Counted from the stretch's first letter, positions 9,874 through 22,560 are shown. The stretch: 64,000 nt of DNA from Macrostomum lignano (GCA_002269645.1 NIVC01001013.1:56764-120763), one strand, 5' to 3'. A program made the numbers and translations. Notes: generated by a model not told the origin, from the sequence alone.

Positions 9874-10934
9874 AACACAACAGCCTCATTTGTCTTTGTC
9901 TTGACTCTGCGCACAATTTTTCACTTTCTTCTTAGCTATTCCCATTAAAAAATTACAACTTTATAGCACGAATATCCCCATAGTTTAGGAGCCAAAAAGT
10001 TTTACTTTACAAATTTTATCTGGTTCTAGAACCAAAACAAACAATATGAAAAGGCCCGACATCAAAAATATTTGAATATGTAAAATGTTTCAAGAAGAGT
10101 TCTCTTCAACAGAGTAAGAGTTAACACTAGACAATCTGATATTGTAAGTGGAGTAAGACTCCAATTAATTTGCACTTCTCTGAGTCTGAGTCTCATCTTA
10201 CTTTTAATTGCAAACATGCTTGGGCGCAACCTAGGCCCTAGGGATTCACCTAGGTGACCTAGCCATTTCTTTTGGCAACACACACATGTAAGTCACTATT
10301 GAATAGAATAGTAGTCATGTGATTGTTCTTAGCCAGTAGCGACTTACATGTGTATGTTGCCAATAGAAACAGCCAATTAATTCCCAAGGTTGTGCATGTA
10401 TGATTGCAAATAATAAATGCCTATACTTATCTAGCTAAATCTTTGTTTTAATACCCCTAATTGGTTATTTCCTTTTTAAAAACATCTTTAATTTTTAATG
10501 CCTAATATTGCCAGCAATCTTTATCTTTTATTTGATATTGACTAATTTGATTAATATCTTTAAAATACTTAGAGCCTACTTTACTCATTTACTAGATAAA
10601 TTGCACTCCAGTAAGTTCATATGGGCCTAATACTTGTTTTTTAATTCTTTATACTAGGTAGCCCTAGGCCCTAATATAGGCCTAGATAATAGATATGCCC
10701 TATAGCTATAGTGTAGTGATATAGTCTAGGGCTAGGCCTATATGAATCATGTAAATATATATTCAAATGATCATAAACCAAAGAAAATATTGGCATTATA
10801 ACCTTTTTAATGAGTAGAAAGACAATAGCCTCTATGGCTATGCTAGGGCCAAGCTTTTTTATTATTTTCATTTTTATAGGCTCTAATATCTTAGCAAGCC
10901 ATTGTATTGTAACTAACTATAAATTAGATAAATA

Positions 10935-12176
10935 GGGTCCTAGTCATTTTGTCAACTGGCGTTTTGTCAACTGGCCATTTTGTCAACTCAGTTTTTGCAT
11001 TGGTCGTTTTGTCAACTACAACTAGTCAATGAAGCAGTCTCAAACCTCAGTCACTTTGTCAACTGACCAACGGGGAGTTCCCCAATATAGGTCACTTTGT
11101 CAACTGCCAATAAACTATCCTCCATGGCTGCAAAAAAACTAAAACTGAATCCTGAGATGACTAAGTCTACAGGCTATTTAATATATAGATACCTTTTTGC
11201 GCAACATCTGCCGGCTTCGATCGATGCGTCTTTGACTATACATTAACAAACAATAATTCACTCTCAGGTTTTTGAAATGTGTGCAGTATGACGCGGTTGA
11301 TATCCAATGTTACATATTTGCATGACAAATTTTTGGATGTGTAGAAATTCATTAAAGAGTAGTTGATAAGTACTGGACCAAAGATAATAACGCTTGAAAT
11401 GGTCCACTCTACATGGTTTATTTTAAAAATATGAGTATATATAATATATAAAGCATTCCAAATTAACCATAACATTTATGGTCATGTTGATGTCAATCAC
11501 GCAATAAAATTTATATAATAATATATATTATATGCACACACTATACTTAAAACCTATATTTAGTATTAAACACAATCGTACTGCTATTGTAGTGCGATTT
11601 TGTACCATCGCATATACACTGTACAATAGTACATGTAGTTCTGTACAGTAAGCAGTAATATGGTACTAAATGCAGACAAAAGAAAAAATATTATTTTAAG
11701 AAAATTGCAATACTTCTTGGACTTGATTCATTTTACAAGTACGATGCTGCCATCGCTCGCATTTATCACACTGTAGAGCCTATGCATATGGATGCATATG
11801 GGTATGAGTGTGCATAGGTGACACACTTGTATCTAGAATATTCGCATCGGAACATTTAACCTATCAAATATATGTATAATTGGCATGCAGTTAACATATA
11901 TACTGTACCATAACAAAATTGCAAAGTTTGATTGTTTAAAATCAAATTAGGTAATTATTAAAACAAACTCATCAATATAACAACTATTATAAGCTATGCT
12001 GCTGTATGAACTACATATCATTCATATAATGACAATTTTGGTCACTTCATCAACAAGCAAATGGGGAGGACCTAGGCATTGGTCACTTTGTCAACCACCA
12101 GTAAAGTTGCCTTAACACTTTGGTCACTTAGTCAACCGAGTTGACAAAATGCCAGTTGACAAAATGACCATTACCC
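10935..12176. mobile_element. Non-autonomous TIR DNA transposon, same TIR family (copy 2)
   Basis: Left GGGTCCTAGTCATTTTGTCAACTGG; right reverse complement GGGTAATGGTCATTTTGTCAACTGG. TSD GATAAATA / AATAAATA (7 of 8). Subterminal TTTTGTCAAC repeats. Confidence 0.82.
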
Positions 12177-13495
12177 AATAAATAAGCTATTGATTATTGC
12201 TAGAATATTATTGATTAGCTAGTTAAGTTAATTGTGATTTTGGTAAGCAATCATTTTATTGGCCACCTTTTCAGTTTTTGTTTATTAGCAAATAAAAGGA
12301 CTTTTTGAGAAAAAGAAATAACAAAATTTTATATATTATAAAGCTTATTTTTCATTATAATATATTGTAAGACATGTAAAAATTTATAATGAGATATCAT
12401 TTTTGTATATGTAATTTTTTATCACAATTTTTTAAACAAATGTGATAATCTATCATATAATATTTAATCATCCAATAAGAAAGGAAGCATAGAAAAAATT
12501 AATTCAAACTATCTTCTAAGTAATATATTTTTATAGATAGTTATATTTCTTTGATTGGGATAGTTTTAGTTATCCATTATTTATTCAATAGATGATTGAT
12601 ACCATGTTAAAAAAGTTGCTAAATGATGGACAGCTGTCTAGCATCTAGAATGTTTTAAAAATGACCCTGTGGCATGGCACATATGACCTCAATATCTTTG
12701 TCATGTATTCCTAAAAAACCTTGTACTATAAGGAGATATGGCATAAAAAGATGAATAAAGAAGATTTACTTGAAGCTCACATTTTGCTTGATTTTTTACA
12801 GTGTGTAGTTAACACTTACCATTAGGATATAGATAGGATATATATAGGATATATATATATGTTCTATTAACCCTCAAATGATATTTTGGGGTCCAATAGA
12901 CCTTTTAATAATTTTTCCATCCATTTTATGGAGAATTTTCTATTATTGTAGCCAAACCTTTTGATTCAAAAGGTTCAAAAGGATTCAAAATTGTCCCATA
13001 TTAGACACCCAATGAGTCTGGTAAAAGCTTCTCAAAAATCTAAGAATCAGAAGTAATTTCTTGTACCTACAGGCTAAGCATAGTTCTATCTTGCTCATAT
13101 TATTGCCTCTTGGACCCAAAAAAACGTAAAAATCTAGACTTTATTAGATGTAAGATAGGATCCAAAATCCCAATCCCAAGATCCTAAAGAAAATTGATCT
13201 GATGTCTATATATATTTATACATTAAATAAGGATCCTTATCTCCTATTTCTATAATCACAAAATGTCTGTGTGAATTTAAAGGCCTATGTTTGCTAGTTA
13301 AAATGCTTTAGGGCCTAGTTAGTATTTTATAAGGTTTTTTTGATACTCTACTAATAGTAGAAATAAAATGTAAATATATTAAAAAATATCTAATGTCCTA
13401 CTAGTGAAAATAAGGAATAAGATATACTCATACGCGTATAAGATGATGTAGGATTTTGGGCTAACAGAAACAGATCAAGCATTGCACTGTGATGA

Positions 13496-14143
13496 ATGAC
13501 TGCAGCTTGCACTATGGACCGAGATGCTGCCGAGGCTCGCGAATGGTTCGACCTGATGGATATTGATGGCGACGGGTTGATCAGCGCCCAGGAGCTGCGC
13601 TGCGGCCTTCTCAGCCCGGCCTGCAAGCCATTCACCCAGCCCACCTGTCGCCTGCTGGTTCGCATCTTCGACACGCACGCTCGAAATAGCCAATTAGAAT
13701 TTGGCGAATTTCTTGAGCTGCGCTCATTCCTGCACGAATGGTCCATGACGTTTCTTGACCAGGACCACGATCGGTCTGGCAGCATTGACCAGTTCGAGCT
13801 GATTGTAGCGCTCAGCACTATCTACAAACATCAGTTTAATCCGCAGTTCATCTCTCGCCTAATTGCTTTATTGAAATCGCGCTTATCCCGCTCTGTGCAT
13901 CGAATGTCGCTCAGCCTTGATGCCTTCCTAGCGCTGAACGCCTGTCTGTCTCGCTTGGCGCGGCTGTACAAGACTGGCGGGCATCGGTACACGGCGCCAT
14001 CTCTTGAAGATTATCTGCTGCGCGAGCTGCCCAGAATGCTGGACGGTGAAGGCGAGTTCTTAGCCGCTGCTGATAATGCAAACAATGCGGATGGAGCTCA
14101 GCCTCGTGCCCCAGCCGCCTCTTCTGTAGAACTGTCTAGCTGA
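13496..14143 (+). CDS. Penta-EF-hand (peflin/ALG-2/sorcin-like) protein, paralog 1, intronless and divergent
   Basis: WFDLMDIDGDGLISAQEL, TCRLLVRIFD, DHDRSGSIDQFEL; colinear with the two downstream paralogs. Confidence 0.85.
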   Translation: MTAACTMDRDAAEAREWFDLMDIDGDGLISAQELRCGLLSPACKPFTQPTCRLLVRIFDTHARNSQLEFGEFLELRSFLHEWSMTFLDQDHDRSGSIDQFELIVALSTIYKHQFNPQFISRLIALLKSRLSRSVHRMSLSLDAFLALNACLSRLARLYKTGGHRYTAPSLEDYLLRELPRMLDGEGEFLAAADNANNADGAQPRAPAASSVELSS

Positions 14144-14469
14144 GCTGATCATGCAGTTTCCAAGGCCGGCTTAAGCAGCGGCTAGGGGGGGGGGGTCATG
14201 ACCCTCGCCACACAGCCGACCAAGTTTTAAAGCTTTTAAAGCTTAGTCTTTACAGTAGTAAAAAATGGGTGATAGGAACACGACTTTATTAGCTAAAATT
14301 TTGCTTTCCAGTGCTAAATTGGCGCCAAGTGCCTGTCGGCGCTAAATTGGCACTAAAATATTTACAAGTAATTCAGTAACTAGTAAATGAGATTTGTTGT
14401 CCCCCGGAAAAAAAACATTTTCCGCGGCGCCTGTTTATCTTACATTACAATATGGGTCCGAAATTAACT

Positions 14470-14623
14470 CCCTGCCCGCGGGCCACAAAGCTTTTGTATC
14501 CGGCTCTCGTGTCCTTTTAGCCTCTTCTCAGCTCCCTTCTCTCTAATTTGATTTCCTCTCCTCTCTACCCTCCTGGCCCGCAGTCATGTGCTAGGTTCTC
14601 TATCCGGCCCTCGCCGACCCCTG
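14470..14623. mobile_element. hAT/Charlie-like MITE fragment, related to 49725-50014
   Basis: Ends in GCCGACCCCTG and shares CAGTCATGTGCT.G..TCTCTATC.G.CCCT and a CT-rich core with 49725-50014. Confidence 0.5.
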
Positions 14624-14935
14624 CCTTACAATGTCACTGTCTATGGGTGGCTCTGGCTCGTGACTCGCCCCCTCTAGATTAAAATCCTGACCGCGCCACT
14701 GGGCGAAGAGCGAAGAGACAGTTTTTGAAGGGTCGTTTTACGCGATAGAAATGCTTTGTAATAAAGCTTTACTTTTTTCACCATCCGTCTATTCAACTGT
14801 TTAAAGCGTAACACAGGTTTCTTTTGTTATGGAAATATGTGCGCGAAACCAATACAAAATTCAATCTGCGTATAAAGACTGCTTATTTTTTGCTTGAAGC
14901 CGGCCTTCAAATTTTTCTTCTTAGAAATGCAGTGC

Positions 14936-15225
14936 CCATACATGCGCAACCTCCAAAATTCGGTCGGACATGCGACTTAGTTTTAACAAAAATGCGACGT
15001 AGTTTTTGGCCAAAAATGCGACTCACATGAAAAAAAACCCTAACAAAATTAACGCAACTGTGGGTAAACGGCAGGAGTAACTATGACTGTCTTATTAAGT
15101 CAAAATGCCTCGTCAGCTACTTAGTACTACTACTTTGGTATTTTTTTCGGGTGGGCATTTTTGCGACTTCCTTGGTTGGCCGCCAAATCGGTCGGCCGGA
15201 TCGGCCGACTGTTGCGCATGTATGG
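14936..15225. mobile_element. 290-bp MITE with perfect 15-bp TIR and 6-bp TSD, carrying a 28S rRNA fragment
   Basis: TIR CCATACATGCGCAAC (14936-14950) / GTTGCGCATGTATGG (15211-15225); CAGTGC on both flanks (14930-14935, 15226-15231). Confidence 0.85.
15062..15125 (+). other. Degenerate eukaryotic LSU (28S) rRNA fragment, helix 69-71 region; not a functional rRNA gene
   Basis: GGGTAAACGGCAGGAGTAACTATGACTGTCTTA-ttaagtca-AAATGCCTCGTCAGCTACTTAGT versus the conserved 28S sequence (recalled) GGGTAAACGGCGGGAGTAACTATGACTCTCTTA-aggtagcc-AAATGCCTCGTCATCTAATTAGT. Confidence 0.85.
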
Positions 15226-15318
15226 CAGTGCCCCATCTCTCTTAGTTTTCACTGGCAGATTATGGTCGCTAACAGCTATTAGACTTAGAGTCAAGGACCA
15301 GTAAAATAAAATTTACTG

Positions 15319-15485
15319 GTGGGGATTATAAGAATAAAATTTATTTATTCTTATAAATAAATAAATCAATAAATAAAATAAATAAATCAATAAATAAATC
15401 AATAAATAAATAAATAAATAAATAAATTCTTATAAATAAATAAATAAATCAGAGACTTTATAAAATTTATTCTTATAATCCCCAC
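15319..15485. repeat. Small inverted-repeat element with (AAAT)n interior
   Basis: GTGGGGATTATAAGAATAAA / TTTATTCTTATAATCCCCAC, a perfect 20-bp IR; no clean TSD. Confidence 0.65.
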
Positions 15486-16009
15486 TAAATCAGAGGAGCA
15501 GATAGATAAACTCCTAGACGAATAAATGTCTTTCAGGACTTTCACACTGAATGATTTTTCTACTCACTATTTGAATCTCTAATAAATTCTTTGGAACATT
15601 CCTAGACGCGATTTTTTCCACTTTTTCACGTTTTTATTATGACTGAATGCTCAGTTCTTGAATTCGCTGCTGTTTCAATAAACTCACTTTAATGCCAGTT
15701 AAGTACAAGGCAAGGAAGTGTCTCTTGTTTTTTATTTACATTTACGAGTATCGTGTTTAGTTTGGTTCTGTTTTGTATAGATACCGATCTTTCTAATACT
15801 AGCAATAGAAAATTACTTGCATACTCTAATTTTCAATTACAAAACAAGTAGAGTTAAGAGTTAAACATTACAAAACAAGTTATAGATTTCAAGGCTTATG
15901 GGAAGCATTGCGGAGATGTCAAGGCTCACAAGGGGGAATAGCTGATATGTTAAGGCTTGTGATTTGTTACAATCATTTGAATTATTTAAATCTTTAAATA
16001 AAATCGATC

Positions 16010-17205
16010 AATGAAACATCAGAATGGATGAAATTTTTAAAAATCAGGATGATATTTTGAAACATGAGAAACAGATTTTAAAACACCAGGACGAGATTTG
16101 GAAACATCAAGATGGGATTTTGAAACATCAGGATGAGATTTGGAAACATCAGGATGGATGAGATTTTGGAAACTTTAGGATGAGATTTGGAAACATCAGG
16201 ATGAGATTTGGAAACAGAATGAGATTTGGAAACATCAATATGAGATTTGGAAACTTTAGAATGAGATTTGGAAACATCAAGATGAGCTTTGGAAACATCG
16301 GTATGAGATTTTGAAACACCAGGATGAGATTTAGAAACATCATATTGAGATTTGGAAACTTTAGGATGAGATTTGGAAACATCACATTGAGATTTGGAAA
16401 CTTTAGAATGAGAATTTGTAAGCATCACATTGAGATTTGGAAACTTTAGGATGATATTTGGAAACATCACATTGAGATTTGGAAAACATCAAATTGAGAT
16501 TTGGAAACATCAAATTGAGATTTGGAAACATCACATTGAGATTTGGAAACATCAAATTGAGATTTGGAAACATCACATTGAGAATTGGAAACTTTAGGAT
16601 GAGAATTTGTAAGCATCACATTGAGATTTGGAAACTTTAGGATGATATTTGGAAACATCAAATTGAGATTTGGAAACATCAAATTGAGATTTGGAAACAT
16701 CAAATTGAGATTTGGAAACATCACATTGAGATTTGGAAAAATCACATTGAGATTTGGAAAAATCACATTGAGATTTGGAAAAATCACATTAAGATTTGGA
16801 AACTTTAGGATGAGATTTGGAAACATTAGGATGAGATTTAGAAACATCAGGATGATATTTGGAAACTTAGGAATGAGATTTAGAAACATCAGGATGAGAT
16901 TTGGAAACTTTAGGATGAGATTTAGAAACATCAGGATGAGATTTGGAAACTTTAGAATGAGATTTAGAAACATCAGGATGAGATTTGGAAACTTTAGAAT
17001 GAGATTTAGAAACATCAGGATGAGATTTGGAAACTTTAGAATGAGATTTAGAAACATCAGGATGAGATTTGGAAACTTTAGAATGAGATTTAGAAACATC
17101 AGGATGAGATTTGGAAACTTTAGAATGAGATTTAGAAACATCAGGATGAGATTTGGAAACTTTAGAATGAGATTTAGAAACATCAGGATGAGATTTGAAA
17201 CATTG
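16010..17205. repeat. Minisatellite, 21-bp unit ATGAGATTTGGAAACATCAGG, with a 42-bp dimer in the distal part
   Basis: Direct inspection; alternating ...TTTAGAAACATCAGG / ...TTTGGAAACTTTAGA units at about 16870-17195. Confidence 0.95.
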
Positions 17206-17263
17206 GAACATTTAAAAGATTGAGAAGATTCGGCATTCCCTTGTAAATATTTCCCTCCCGCAG

Positions 17264-18621
17264 TCTTTCCAATACAATTTCAACCAGCCCGCCTATGAAG
17301 GGCCGCCGCCCTCCTACGAGGAGTCCATGGCGATGGCGCCCCCTGCCAGGCCGGCGGCTCCGTCGGCCCCGCAGCCGCAGCCGGTGAACCCGGAGGTGGC
17401 CATGTGGTTCGCCGCCGTTGACGAGAACAATGACGGCTCAATCACGGTGCAGGAGTTGCAGGAGGCCCTGGTTACCGACGATTGGCGTCATTTCACTCTG
17501 AGCACCTGCCGGCTGCTGGTCAGCATGTTCGATGTTGACAAGAGCGGTTTTATTGAGCTCGGCGAGTTCGAGGTTCGATTTTTAAAAGAATTGGTGGCTT
17601 GTATTTGAATTGAAGACTGCGGATGCGTTGTTAGTCTTTTATATTCCCGAAAATTCCATTCGCAAAACTACTGGCTTCACAAACCTTAATCTTCACAATT
17701 CACTAGCTTCACAAACCTTAAGCTTCACAATTCACACTGGCTTCACAAACCTTAAGCTTCACAATTCACTAGCTTCACAAACATTAATCTTCACAATTCA
17801 CTATCTTCACAATCCACAATCTTCACAATCCACAATCTTCAATCCACAATATTTACAATCCACAACCTTCACAAACCACAGTCTTCACAATCCACAATCT
17901 TCACAATCCACAATCTTCACAATCCACAACCTTCACAAACCACAGTCTTCACAATCCACAAATTTACAATCCACAACCTTCACAAACCACAGTCTTCACA
18001 ATCCACAATCTTCACAATCCACAATCTTCACAATCCACAACCTTCACAAACCACAGTCTTCACAATCCACAAATTTACAATCCACAACCTTCACAAACCA
18101 CAGTCTTCACAATCCACAGTCTTCACAATCCACAAATTTACAATCCACAACCTTCACAATCCACAATCTTCACAATCCACAGTCTTCACAATCCACAACC
18201 TTTCCAACCCACGAGTTTCACAATCATTTTACAACTTAACATGGTGGCAACGTGTCTCATAGCCAGATATCCCAAGGCTTGCTCAGAGCTCCCCAACCCC
18301 CCCCCCCCTGTCCAGGCCATCTACAACTTTGTGCAGCGCTGGCGCGGCATCTTCATGTCCTACGACGCCGACAACTCGGGCCTGATCGACTCCAAGGAGC
18401 TGGCCTCGGCACTGCAGCAGATCCACTCGCGCCAGTTCTCGCCACATTTTCTACACGTGGCTCAGCGCAGATTCCAGCAGAACGGGTCCGGCGAGATGAA
18501 TCTGGACGGCTTCATCTCGCTGAACGCGCTAATTAGCCGGTACAGCAGGGACTACGAGACTAACGGCAGAGGCCAGGCCTTTGAGGAGTTCCTTATTCGC
18601 AGTCTGAATAGCAGCGCCTGA
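17264..18621 (+). CDS. Penta-EF-hand protein, paralog 2 (exons 17264/17327-17572 and 18316-18621)
   Basis: Pro-rich N-terminus, WFAAVDENNDGSITVQEL, FDVDKSGFIELGEFE|AIYNF, YDADNSGLIDSKEL. Phase-0 GT-AG intron 17573-18315. An acceptor CCGCAG at 17263 is in frame; no upstream start exon was located, and ATG 17327 is an alternative start. Confidence 0.88.
17670..18235. repeat. Intronic minisatellite, ~16-bp units CTTCACAATCCACAAT / CTTCACAAACCACAGT
   Basis: Direct inspection; fills the intron of PEF paralog 2. Confidence 0.92.
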
Positions 18622-19384
18622 GCACCATTTTTAACTACTCTGAGACCACGGACCAGCGCTGAGGGCTGGCTACAGTCTGCTCAATGGAGCTCTAGTAGAG
18701 CAGTGTGTGTTTTTTAACTATAATTTAAAGGTATATGCTTTTTCTTTACTATTTTCTTGAGTGGAATATCTTTTTTTAACTGAGACTACTGCAAGTAAGT
18801 AGTAGTAGGTTTTACTAAACTAAATTTTATTAAGATGTTATATAAGCCTTTGGCCTTTTTCCTGTCTATATACCATCGATCTAATCGCTTCCATTTTTCT
18901 TTACTAGACTACTCTCTCATTACTATATAAAGCAAATATATAAATTAGTGCCAGTTTTTGTGCAATTTCATTCTCCAGTGTTTGTGAAGCTTCAGTTCCT
19001 TTTTGTTAATTGTGCTGCTTATATGATTGGGAGTCACTCATTTAATTATATTATTCCTGACGTGCCGCCTCAGCGGTGTGCTCGCCAATTTTATTCATAT
19101 AATCCTTTTATTTATTGCTTTGCCTCTCTTCAAACCAGAATAAATGCGACACCTGTTAATTGTTGATTTTTACTAACCATTAATAATTTGTGTCTGAATT
19201 TATGGTCAGTAATGTGCAGTCATTTGCCAAAGTTAAACTGACTTTTTTCTTTTTTTGCTGTCCCGTTTTGAAAAAAGTAAAATACTCTTCTAAGATACTT
19301 TTTTTATTTAAGGGTTTGACGTCGTTTTTGCTTTTTTATTCAATATGCTCGTATGTACTCAGGTTCAAGCAGGGAGTCCGGGAG

Positions 19385-21807
19385 TCGTGTCTGTGTCAGA
19401 CAGTCCTGTCTGTGTCAGACAGTTGTGCCTGTGTCAGACAGTCCTGTCTGTGTCAGACAGTTGTGCCTGTGTCAGACAGTCGTGTCTGTGTGTCAGACAG
19501 TTGTGTCTGTGTCAGACAGTCGTGTCTGTGTGTCAGACAGTCATGTCTATGTGTCAGACAGTCGTGTCTGTGTCAGATAGTTGTGTCTGTGTCAGACAGT
19601 CCTGTCTGTGTCAGTCGTGTCTGTGTCAGATAGTCGTGTCTATGTCAGACAGTCGTGTCTGTGTCAGATAGTTGTGTCTGTGTGTCAGACAGTCATGTCT
19701 ATGTGTCAGACAGTCGTGTCTGTGTCAGATAGTTGTGTCTGTGTGTCAGACAGTCGTGTCTGTGTGTCAGACAGTCGTGTCTGTGTCAGACAGTTGTGCC
19801 TGTGTCAGACAGTCGTGTCTGTGTCAGACAGTCGTGTCTGTGTCAGTCGTGTCTGTGTCAGATAGTCGTGTCTATGTCAGACAGTCGTGTCTGTGTCAGA
19901 TAGTTGTGTCTGTGTGTCAGACAGTCATGTCTATGTGTCAGACAGTCGTGTCTGTGTCAGATAGTTGTGTCTGTGTGTCAGACAGTCATGTCTATGTGTC
20001 AGACAGTCGTGTCTGTGTCAGATAGTTGTGTCTGTGTGTCAGACAGTCGTGTCTGTGTGTCAGACGGTCGTGTCTGTGTCAGACAGTCGTGTCTGTGTCA
20101 GACAGTTGTGCCTGTGTCAGACAGTCGTGTCTGTGTGTCAGAAAGTTGTGTCTGTGTCGGACAGTTGTGCCTGTGTCAGACAGTCGTGTCTGTGTGTCAG
20201 ACAGTCGTGTCTGTGTGTCAGACAGTCGTGTCTGTGTGTCAGACAGTCGTGTCTGTGTCAGACAGTTGTGCCTGTGTCAGACAGTCGTGTCTGTGTGTCA
20301 GAAAGTTGTGTCTGGTTCAGACAGTTGTGCCTGTGTCAGACAGTTGTGCCTGTGTCAGACAGTCGTGTGTGTCAGACAGTTGTGTCTGTGTCAGATAGTT
20401 GTGTCTGTGTCAGACAGTCGTGTCTGTGTCAGTCGTGTCTGTGTCAGATAGTTGTGTCTGTGTCAGACAGTCGTGTCTGTGTCAGTCGTGTCTATGTCAG
20501 ACAGTCGTGTCTGTGTCAGACAGTTGTGCCTATGTCAGACAGTTGTGTCTGTGTCAGACAGTTGTGTCTGTGTCAGACAGTTGTGCCTGTGTGTCAGACA
20601 GTCGTGTCTGTGTCAGATAGTTGTGTCTGTGTGTCAGACAGTCCTGTCTGTGTCAGTCGTGTCTGTGTCAGATAGTCGTGTCTATGTCAGACAGTCGTGT
20701 CTGTGTCAGATAGTTGTGTCTGTGTGTCAGACAGTCGTGTCTGTGTGTCAGACAGTCGTGTCTGTGTGTCAGACAGTCGTGTCTGTGTCAGACAGTCGTG
20801 TCTGTGTCAGTCGTGTCTGTGTCAGATAGTCGTGTCTATGTCAGACAGTCGTGTCTGTGTCAGATAGTTGTGTCTGTGTGTCAGACAGTCATGTCTATGT
20901 GTCAGACAGTCGTGTCTGTGTCAGATAGTTGTGTCTGTGTGTCAGACAGTCGTGTCTGTGTGTCAGACAGTCGTGTCTGTGTCAGACAGTTGTGCCTGTG
21001 TCAGACAGTCGTGTCTGTGTGTCAGAAAGTTGTGTCTGTGTCAGACAGTTGTGCCTGTGTCAGACAGTCGTGTCTGTGTGTCAGACAGTCGTGTCTGTGT
21101 CAGACAGTTGTGCCTGTGTCAGACAGTCGTGTCTGTGTGTCAGAAAGTTGTGTCTGTGTCAGACAGTTGTGCCTGTGTCAGACAGTCGTGTCTGTGTGTC
21201 AGACAGTCGTGTCTGTGTCAGACAGTTGTGCCTGTGTCAGACAGTCGTGTCTGTGTGTCAGAAAGTTGTGTCTGTGTCAGACAGTTGTGCCTGTGTCAGA
21301 CAGTTGTGCCTGTGTCAGACAGTCGTGTGTGTCAGACAGTTGTGTCTGTGTCAGATAGTTGTGTCTGTGTCAGACAGTTGTGCCTGTGTCAGACAGTCGT
21401 GTCTGTGTGTCAGACAGTCGTGTCTGTGTCAGACAGTTGTGCCTGTGTCAGACAGTCGTGTCTGTGTGTCAGAAAGTTGTGTCTGTGTCAGACAGTTGTG
21501 CCTGTGTCAGACAGTTGTGCCTGTGTCAGACAGTCGTGTGTGTCAGACAGTTGTGTCTGTGTCAGATAGTTGTGTCTGTGTCAGACAGTCGTGTCTGTGT
21601 CAGTCGTGTCTGTGTCAGATAGTCGTGTCTATGTCAGACAGTCGTGTCTGTGTCAGATAGTTGTGTCTGTGTCAGACAGTCGTGTCTGTGTCAGTCGTGT
21701 CTATGTCAGACAGTCGTGTCTGTGTCAGATAGTTGTGTCTGTGTCAGACAGTCGTGTCTGTGTCAGATAGTTGTGTCTGTGTCAGACAGTCGTGTCTGTG
21801 TCAGACA
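19385..21807. repeat. Minisatellite, 19/21-bp unit GTCAGACAGTCGTGTCTGT(GT), 2.4 kb
   Basis: Direct inspection; variant units recur in higher-order blocks. Confidence 0.97.
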
Positions 21808-22242
21808 GAAGTGAACATCTGTCAGGTCAACTTCGTCAGCAGCGCAGTGCAGCAAGGCTGATAATTGATTGTTGAAAATTCATATTTTTTTGCTATCCAG
21901 ATCAGATTCGCTGTGCATATTGAAGCCCAGGTGCCCTATTATTATTATTTCGAGTATTATTCATTTAAATTTTGTTTTTCCTAACTGTTTTAACCAAAAA
22001 CTAAACCAAGCTGGATTTAAAAAACGAGTTCATAGCTGTCAAGGTGTCAACTGCTGTCAGTAAAAATTAAACGTGCTGTTTTACTTTATAAAATTTCTAC
22101 TGTTATGCAGCAGACTGCGCAAATGATAACCCATTGTTTGGATTAACTATAGACTGCGAGTATTTAATTAATTATTCTTTAAATAACCTGCCTTCGCTTT
22201 GCTTACGTTATTGATATTTTTTTCTGATTTTTTATCTCAGTT

Positions 22243-22560
22243 AAGAGTGCCCAGTTCCTCAGTTAAGAGTGCCCAGATTCTCAGTTAAGAGTACCCAGTT
22301 CCTCAGTTAAGAGTGCCCAGATCCTCAATTAAGAGTGCCCAGATTCTCAGTTAGGAGTGCCCAGAGCCTAAGTTAAGAGTGCCCAGATCCTCAGTTAAGA
22401 GTACCCAGATCCTCAATTAAGAGTGCCCAGATTCTCAGTTAAGAGTACCCAGATCCTCAGTTAAGAGTACCCAGTTCCTCAGTTAAGAGTGCCCAGATCC
22501 TCAATTAAGAGTGCCCAGATTCTCAGTTAGGAGTGCCCAGAGCCTAAGTTAAAAGTGTCC
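22243..22560. repeat. Minisatellite, 20/21-bp unit CTCAGTTAAGAGTGCCCAGAT
   Basis: Direct inspection. Confidence 0.93.

Noticed and set aside
14162-14907. Possible larger TIR element (AAGGCCGGCTT / AAGCCGGCCTT)
   Set aside because: The IR is short and GC-palindromic and no TSD was found.
16078-17223. Long ORFs such as MFPNLIL/MRFGNFR repeats
   Set aside because: Translations of a 21-bp satellite; open on both strands simply because the unit lacks stops.
19345-21770. Many Cys/Val-rich ORFs
   Set aside because: Satellite translations with no unique sequence.
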